NCBI RefSeq assembly: GCF_964204645.1
Contig: NC_134026.1
Span: 9,757,950-9,821,949, forward strand
Length of the DNA stretch: 64,000 bases
Reading direction: 5' to 3'
Source: Tubulanus polymorphus
Taxonomy: Eukaryota; Animalia; Nemertea
The translations under genes were made by a program, and so were the position numbers. The first letter of the stretch is position 1, and the number at the start of each line of letters is the position of its first letter. The notes under the pieces are model-generated. The model ran no database searches and was not told the origin of the DNA. It worked only from the letters and a program-made list of their open reading frames with translations. Positions 56,501 through 64,000 of this stretch are shown here, in pieces.

Positions 56501-59500
56501 AGTTGAAATTAAGTTAATTTCCAATGTTTTATCTCTTATAAGTGAAACTTGTATCAATTTGAACAGTTCATTTTATATATCTATCATTCCTTCTCAGGGT
56601 TTCAGTTCATACAAGCCTCACTTTTTCTGAAACCCGTTTTATATTACAACATTATGTATAATACGTCATATTGTACATTTTTTTGCAATTTGTTTCTGAA
56701 ATAGATAAATAAATGAATAAATTACTCAGTTAATTCAAAAAAGCAACACTCACTGTTATAACGGCAGCAGCTGGACCCACAAACGCGAGGATGAAATAGT
56801 TTTCAGTACTCAGCCAACAACTGTAATAATGCAAACAGAAACGGACATTCAATGATGAACAATGCTACAACAGTGACCATAAGAGTATGGATCAAAAAGC
56901 AAATCTAGACATCTAATCTCGACCAGTTATTTTAAGATTTCCATTTCCAGTATACTGTCTCATCATATTAAGAAATTACACCCCACTGTACACTCACACC
57001 CCTATATTTAAATAGATATTATTGCCATCGGCTTTTCCTGATAGTGCTATCAAGCGACATCAAGGCACACACTAGATGGCAGGACTAGTTCAGTTTCAAT
57101 GAAATAAACATCAGATCGAATGGTGCATGGTATACTTTTCACTGAAAATCTATGTACTTCAGAGAAAGGTTGAATCGATTCTAATTGAAACGCGGAGGAA
57201 ATTGGAGCGGACACCGAGTAACAACTAGCGAACCTGATGGCACTCTTAAAATCCTCAATTGCCAGAGTAGCAGTGCTGGTACCTCATTGAACCAATGATT
57301 AATTGCTATGAAGATTAGAATTGGAATTGACATTAGAATAATCTGAATAGAATCAATAACTTACTGCCTATCAGTGCCGTAACCAGCAGGATTAACACCA
57401 GCAGATATAGCGACCACGATTAATGGCAATCCTGTAAAATAAGATAAAATATATGTATAAACATCATCTCAAGATTCCACCACGACCAAAGCAATGCTGC
57501 CACCTATGAATCACAAATCTTTCTGTTGCATGAGATAAAGAATCAAGCTAGTTACACGTTAACATACCCGCACACACATAAACACCAGATGAAGCATATA
57601 GTGTATTTCAGTGTACTGTTATAGAGACCACTTATCAGTCACCCGATTGCTGGTTTATTTTCATACAGAAGGCTTCTTGAAACTGCCGTCGTGCAGTTAA
57701 CAAACAGAACGGCATAAATATATTTACCGTAACCGCTTAGGTAGTACCACTTCTTCCTCGATTTCTCTGCTTCGAACACCTCGATCAACATCACGTACAG
57801 TTGAACTCCCTCCAGACACATCCATGCGAACGCGGCCAGAAACAAGAAATGTAACAGTCCGGCGACGATCGCGCACAATATCTATAAAATCACCAATATA
57901 TGGATATACAACCTGTTCTAGAAAAGATTTCTGACCGCAATAAATCCCGCACTCTTGTCACTGTAGATACAATCGCCTTAAGAGTTATCATTATTGCATA
58001 ATCAACTCGGGAAGAAAAAGTTATTTATTCAATTGTGGTAGATTTAACCGTTAGCCAATCAATAAGGCTGGGGTTTTCTTAAAAAAAGTTAAGGGTCTCT
58101 TCTTAAAAATTGAGTTAAATGCACACTGTATATTTTGTCAAATCCCATTCCTTAAATTCCTATTCAACTCATTGCCCTTCATTCAAGAATGAATATGGGT
58201 CTCATTGTATCCTAGTCAAACAATCACTTTAAAAGTTAAAATGAATTCTGATATATGTAATATTCACCTTTTTGTCATATTGGATAATACCAGCCAGGAA
58301 TATAATTTCAGCCATCAGCAGTGTTCCGACTAAATTCTTATGTATTGTGTTTCTGTCACATTGAAGATTTCTTGGATAAACAGAAAAGATTTGATAATGT
58401 CAAATTTCCAAAATAAACCCAAGGTTGCGTTCGAGGGTAGAATCTTAAAACTTTAGAACAGGTTAAGATCAGAATTTGACTCAACAGGGAGATTGAACTG
58501 ATTTCAACTCTATATTCGTCAATGTTAACTGTTAACTGTGGAAGTCGACACTGATCATTAAGTATATGAAAGCTAGGAAGGATTTAATAAAGGGAGTACA
58601 TGTTTACCTGAAAAATTGGAATGTGATCCAGCAAAGTAGTAGACAGACTATAGAAATTATACATCCAGCATACGTGATGACCGTTAGACTTAATTCGTGA
58701 TGCGTTCCAAGCTAAGAAAAAATATATCAAATTCATCCTGAAGACCGGCATCTCTCATTTTTCAATTTTCAGATTCAGAGATCTTTTGCAAGATATCGAC
58801 CAGTGATTTCAAGCCCCCCTAAATAACAATTTGCCAAAAAAACAGGCACAAAGTGGACTCGGTAGGACATTATCAACATGAATGGACCGATATTGGGATA
58901 TGATATAGGCCTAATGGTTACACCATTACCTTGGTTCCAACGATATCCATTAGTACTGCAAAGTTTGTGAGATGGTCACATTCGCATACCGTTTCGCTTG
59001 GAGTATGTCTAACCATTCTGCAACCCTCAGTTGACCAATGACCATTATTAGGACTAAAAACAATATATCATTCATTATCTACGGTCGAATCAACTTAATC
59101 AACAATATTTTATCTAATCAGGAAATTGTTTCTTTGCAGCCCTCTTAAACTTTAAATGCAATATGTAGTACGGTATGAAATTTTCAAACAATATTTCTCA
59201 GTAAATCAAATTTCACTGGCCCCAAATAATCCAGATCAAAATGAGTTCTTTACATGGTTTAAGTATTTGCTCTAATCTTAAGGTAACAACATTAATTAAG
59301 ACATGAATCGGATAAAATTACTACACTCACATGAAACAAATTAGAACTAAAGGCTATGAATCAAAATCAGGTTTCTGATCAGTAATTAGATGGGAAAAGT
59401 ATAAGTTGTTTGCAAGCAGTAAGGTGTTGTCCACTACTACCAACTACTATCATTAACAGTAGGTGGAATTTTACTAACGATAAAATATTGGTGAATAAAA

Positions 59501-62500
59501 ATTATCCAAATTTAAATATGGTGCCAGTCTTGAGAAAAAAATCAAGGGATAGGCCTAAAATGCGTCTATGACTTTTGTCCAGCATCCCCAGAAAAAGGGA
59601 AGGATTCATTAGCTTCGTAACAAATACACTGTGATCAAAGGAAAGATTAAGTGAATGTTGTGAAGCACATCGGTAAGTGCTGCCATCTTCTGGACAAGCA
59701 TTATACTGGTACTGAACGCAGATAAAAATACTTCAGTCAAGTGCTCAGGAAGTCATTGCATAGTTGTCTGTTATTTGATGCAGGAGATAATTCAAGTGTA
59801 TAATTACTTGATGGTTGAACACCTGATGGTCTACATCTGATAAGCGAACAACAGAGATAGTTCAACCAGGCTAGGGAATTAATATTCCGTATTGGTGGTT
59901 TAAATGTGTTAACCGCATTTTCTACTCAAGAATGCGAATTACGAGAGTTATCAAGTGTGTGGTTGTTTTAGAAAAGCATTCTTTCTCAATTACCCGATTG
60001 ATAATTTTTTTCTGGAGTGGAATTAAACATCAAGTGGCAGTGACAGGTGTCTCTGCGCAGTGAAGAAAAAGCATGGCCAAAATTATATGAGAAGTCCAAA
60101 AATACCGTTCTATAGGGGTCACATGATTGTCATGATTATTCAAAATGGATTTACATGAAATCGAAATACAAATGTATATTAGGTCAGATTCTAATTTCGA
60201 CATACAGTAAAAAGACGATAAGACCACAGAAGCAGACCAAAGTTAAGGACAATTTTTGACAGTTTCATATTAAAAGCTAATCATAACTAAATCATATTGT
60301 GTTAAAGTCATTCAAAATGAGAAGGTTGGCATCAGTAACTAGTAGTAACAATGAGTTGGTGGAAACTGGCCCCAGATTTAGAAGTTTTTGAAAATTCCAT
60401 TCATGAAATGAGTCACGCAAGATTTCCAATCCTACAACACCAAGATTTCATGAAAAAAGCTTACATATTCTTCGAAATTTCCATTCTGATATTCCAATAG
60501 TAAGAGATGCACTTATGCCTCACTTGCCACAGTAACAGTGTCTGGCTATCCGACACAAACTTCTACTTACGAATCTTTAAAATTCCAGAAAGCACAGCGA
60601 GGAAACTCGACCCCATCAGTGATGTCATGTTTCAGCCGGAATAAAACCGGTTCTGTCAGATCCGTCTTCTTACCCACTGAGTCCGACAACGTGGCAGAGA
60701 TGATTTTTGAATTGACGATCGTGTTCGTTTTGTTGTCGCCATTTGCGTTGCTGTCAGCCGGATTCATGTATTGACCAAGATTGTCGTAAATGGCGAATAC
60801 AACTTTTGCCAAGCCTATAATTTCGGATAAACATGTTCGGTATTACAAACATGTATTTCGATCGATCGAATTCGAGTGAAGCTGATATCACCATTTTGAA
60901 CACACTGTTATAACCAGTAGTTATTTATCACGTACTACGGTACACTGCCTTTTAAACGCAGCAACTTTAAAGTCGAGTTATCGATGAAGTCAAAGTTATA
61001 TCTTACAAACTAAGGCAATTGATCTAGATATCCATTCGATAACACCAATCAATTAGCTTTAATTTCGATTCCAAATGATTTTTGAAGAATGAGGAATGAA
61101 GTAGTTTTACATTCATACGGTTGAAGAACTAGGTTAAGACGTCAGATTACACGGCTATCTCTGAGTCCCAATTGGTATTTCGAATTCAATTTACTAAGAA
61201 CAGATCGTCATTTGGATAAGTCGTCAACACATAATGATGATCATAACAATGACGACTTGAAACAAGTTGGCGGTATAGAACCACCTGCGAATACACTTGA
61301 ATTTTTTTCATCGAATGTTTACATGAAATACCCACAAAATGTTGTCTGTATGATTACTCTAATGGCATCAATGCAATTATTGAGCAATTACATTAATTAT
61401 GACAGATCAAATCATGTGCCATGTATTAATGGCTTCCTGTCGGTATATCAGGGTAAATTTCATTGAAAACGTTCGGATTAATCAGTTATCAAGGACAAGA
61501 CCTTCGGTAACATCTTTCACATTTTTGTACATATCAAACCAGTCGAATAAGTACTTCTCAGGCCAAATGACAACCACTAACCAAGCCATGATATAGGCAT
61601 TCTTCCACTGGATATCTATCCAGAACAGGATATCTATCCAGCACACTGTGATTTTGATATTCTTGGCAACACCCTTATTTTGTTGAAAAATGGCTTCACA
61701 CTATCAATTTGAAGAACTGACAATAAAGTAATTTAATGATTTAAACCTTCTAAAAACTTGGTTTGAAGAATATGTACAAACTGACCAAGTCATGACTTTG
61801 AATTGAATTTGTCACAAAAAATTACTCATCACTCATTTTCAAACTTCAAAAAAATCATGTTAATAATACCACACTCATATGAGTGAATATGATTAACTAA
61901 ACACATCACTGATACCTTGAACACTGGTCTGTTTAAGGACACTTCCCGGTATAATAATTGTGTCATCATTCAACAGTTTCGGATCAGAAGATGTTGACGG
62001 ATTTGATCTCATTGCCGATGATTCAGGAAATACAACTTGCTTAACAGCTACTGTTGTTGAAACAACCTTCACTTCAACAACTAGAAAAGATGACATCAGT
62101 GTTGTTAGTAGAACGCAAAAATAAATAAAGTTTTGAAGTATTAGGACATTGTTATGTATCATAAGTGTAGCCACCGACATGTACATGATTAAATTCATAT
62201 ACTATCTATATACATCTATATACTGTTACACAATAAGTAAAATTATGTTGCCTCAATTTAACACAATACGTATATCACTCACAGTCAGCAATCTTGCGAC
62301 TACTAGACTGCTAGCAGACGTAATGAGTAACGTTCAAAAGAATCTTCCTACAAATCATGCCTAATTTACTCACTTATATTCTGTTCCCTTGCCAAAATCA
62401 CTGTGGGTTTGTCAGCTGTATTTGCGACTTCGATTGCAGACGTTTCGATGCCTTGAATGACGTTCGTGGCCACCATCCTTTTTTCTTCCTCCAACTGAAT

Positions 62501-62560
62501 GTCTTTCCACGATTGAGCCTGTTTATCAGACAGTAAATTGTCACTCACTTTGACTATGGA
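43646..62560 (-). CDS. ADGRL: Latrophilin-type adhesion GPCR (ADGRL/Cirl), GAIN-GPS-7TM-cytoplasmic part; 5' exons lie beyond the window
   Basis: Phase-consistent exons: 62560-62374, 62080-61916, 60814-60571 ([15 protein letters not shown]), 59053-58930 ([19 protein letters not shown], the GPS site), 58711-58608 (TM1), 58370-58268 ([12 protein letters not shown]), 57881-57728 ([29 protein letters not shown]), 57431-57365, 56820-56754 (CWLSTEN..FVGP), 56223-56120, 50530-50362 ([22 protein letters not shown]), 49293-49162, 47396-47306 and 44568-43646. Confidence 0.93.
45871..47044. mobile_element. Probable non-autonomous DNA transposon
   Basis: 16-bp inverted termini TAGGTATGTGGCAGAA / TTCTGCCACATACCTA. 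TSD unclear. Confidence 0.45.
49036..49050 (-). CDS. Candidate 15-nt microexon (FRGNS) of the latrophilin gene
   Basis: tgtttgatttgttttag|TTCCGTGGGAATAGC|gtaagt, phase 0-0 between two phase-0 exon boundaries. Confidence 0.6.
53617..53688 (-). CDS. Candidate 72-nt ICL3 cassette exon ([23 protein letters not shown])
   Basis: tgcatgtag acceptor and gtaaga donor; open, symmetric phase 2-2, lying between the TM5 and TM6 exons. Confidence 0.6.
54517..54651 (-). CDS. Candidate 135-nt ICL3 cassette exon ([44 protein letters not shown])
   Basis: ttgacag acceptor and gtaggc donor; open, symmetric phase 2-2, CpG-rich like the other coding exons. Confidence 0.65.
55570..55653 (-). CDS. Candidate 84-nt ICL3 cassette exon ([27 protein letters not shown])
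   Basis: ctaattgcgtttgatag acceptor and gtaagc donor; open, symmetric phase 2-2. Confidence 0.4.
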
Positions 62561-62831
62561 CTGAAATCATATGACAGAAAAAGCCTTTTAGTGAACATTA
62601 AAAGTCATCATCAGCTATGTTATCTGGTCACTTGATTCTTCCATTTTCTATATTTGAGTTCCAATTTATATCTCCAATTCCCCAATTAACTATTAAGTGC
62701 AAGTCGTCATTCGGATATAAGTCTTCAATCACGATTGGTAGAACACTATATCCGTGTTGACGCGATGAGGAGAGAATCCCACAATGATAATAAAAAGTCC
62801 GAAAATGAAACTTCGAGATAGTAGTTTATTT

Positions 62832-62867
62832 CAACGTATCGACTATATCCTAATAGTCATCTTCAGG
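62832..62867 (-). ncRNA. Minimal type-I hammerhead-ribozyme-like motif (variant core GATA)
   Basis: Minus strand CTGAAGA-TGACTA-ttaggata-TAGTC-GATAC-GTT. Located in a PLE pLTR, where such motifs are typical. Confidence 0.55.
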
Positions 62868-63064
62868 AATAATGAGATACTACAGAAATTATGAGATATA
62901 TATACAATCCAGAGACAAAGAGACTAATTCAAGTAATCAGAGATGATACTAACTAAAGGAAAATGTACATTTTCCTTTAGTTTCATTTTCGGACTTTTTA
63001 TTATCATTGTGGGATTCTCTCCTCATCGCGTCAACACGGATATAGTGTTCTACCAATCGTGATC

Positions 63065-64000
63065 ATGCTACCCACGGATCGAAATATCGTATTAAAATTC
63101 TTCTTCTTCACGTTCCCGTACCTCGTCGCTAGCTTCCGAAATTATGAGAAATGCTATATCAAATCCAGGACTGCCAAAAGTAAAGTCAAGTTCCTTCAGG
63201 AGTTTTATGCCGAAAAAGTGGTTCCGCGATCACTTTCTTGGATTTGGAAATACGACTCCAGCTCTGCATTTCCACCCGAAGCTAACAAGCAACTCAAATT
63301 CGCTATAGATCGTGCTAAGGAAGACTGTAACTATCAGTTCTACAAATTCTGTCAATCTCAAAATTATTTGAAGTCACACGTACCGGACCTATTCCTCTGG
63401 AAATCGCTCTCCACTATTGTTCAAGGCTCTGGAAAATATCATCAGCACAGAAAGTCCGTGGATCTTACCAACCAACTGAATAAACTCATTGATTCCAGCC
63501 CTTGGACTCGATTTAGCAACACCGAAAACATAGTAAATTTGTCTTCAACCACGTTATCTTCTACTCAGTGTCAACTTCTCGGCTACGGTTTGAATTTTTC
63601 TCTTCCTCATCAAGATAAACATGTTTTAGACTTTGTCACCCAATTGGAATATCGCAAATCATCTCGGAACAGTTTGGACTATAACTTTATATTCATGAAT
63701 CTACAGGCTATTTGCGATCAACTCAACAGGAACCTCTTTGAATATCTACCTCGTCGATTTCGGCTCGCCCTCCAAGAACTACGGAAGTTAAAGACTATTA
63801 AAATATCTAAGGCTGATAAAGGTGGCAAGATTGTGATTTTAGATCTGGATAATTATAATGTTAAAATGCAATCTCTCTTGGATAATCCTGGTGTTTATAA
63901 GAAACTTAAATCGAATCCTCTTCCTCGTATGCAAGCTAATTTCAACAGAAGTCTTTCGGATATTATTAAACGTTTCCCCTCCGCTAAAGAAACTCTGAAT
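63065..64000 (+). CDS. Penelope-like element polyprotein N-terminus (RT-associated DKG region), open to the window end
   Basis: The frame from ATG 63065 appears uninterrupted. It shows KFL....E.VVP.SL, VNLSSTTLS...LLGYGLNF and ALQEL...IKISKADKGGKIVILD..NY..KM..LL....YKKL..NP. It is absent from the ORF track because no stop lies in the window. Confidence 0.88.
   Translation, partial: MLPTDRNIVLKFFFFTFPYLVASFRNYEKCYIKSRTAKSKVKFLQEFYAEKVVPRSLSWIWKYDSSSAFPPEANKQLKFAIDRAKEDCNYQFYKFCQSQNYLKSHVPDLFLWKSLSTIVQGSGKYHQHRKSVDLTNQLNKLIDSSPWTRFSNTENIVNLSSTTLSSTQCQLLGYGLNFSLPHQDKHVLDFVTQLEYRKSSRNSLDYNFIFMNLQAICDQLNRNLFEYLPRRFRLALQELRKLKTIKISKADKGGKIVILDLDNYNVKMQSLLDNPGVYKKLKSNPLPRMQANFNRSLSDIIKRFPSAKETLN

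Larger units (their letters stand above)
62728..64000 (+). mobile_element. Penelope-like retroelement 5' end with inverted pseudo-LTR, in a latrophilin intron
   Basis: Perfect 85-bp inverted repeat (62728-62812 / 62979-63063), 32-bp palindrome (62951-62982), hammerhead-like motif, and a downstream PLE ORF. Confidence 0.88.

Overview
Eukaryotic, AT-rich invertebrate (bilaterian, probably lophotrochozoan) genomic DNA with spliceosomal introns. (1) ~0.85-11.1 kb is a nest of transposons whose coding elements all lie on the minus strand. A BEL/Pao LTR retrotransposon fragment (LTR, tRNA-His PBS, gag) carries a 485-bp insertion with a 9-bp TSD. It abuts a CR1-group LINE (ORF1 = RRM + 2 CCHC knuckles + SGNH esterase; ORF2 APE endonuclease; RT missing). 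The LINE ORF2 is split by two different full-length piggyBac elements at TTAA sites, each disabled by one nonsense codon; one has an intron. (2) A + strand multi-C2H2 zinc-finger exon at 13.0-14.3 kb. (3) An essentially complete ~21-exon BCAS3 gene (minus, ~21.8-40.1 kb) whose introns carry Helentron-associated elements (HINEs) with 154-bp tandem repeats bearing CTCF-like motifs, plus MITEs and Penelope/hammerhead remnants. (4) The GAIN/GPS-7TM-tail half of a latrophilin-type adhesion GPCR (minus, 43.6-62.6 kb) with candidate ICL3 cassette exons and a 15-nt microexon. (5) The 5' end of a young Penelope-like retroelement at 62.7-64 kb with a fold-back inverted repeat and a hammerhead-like motif. 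All calls come from manual reading; no database searches were run, and no wholly new system is established.
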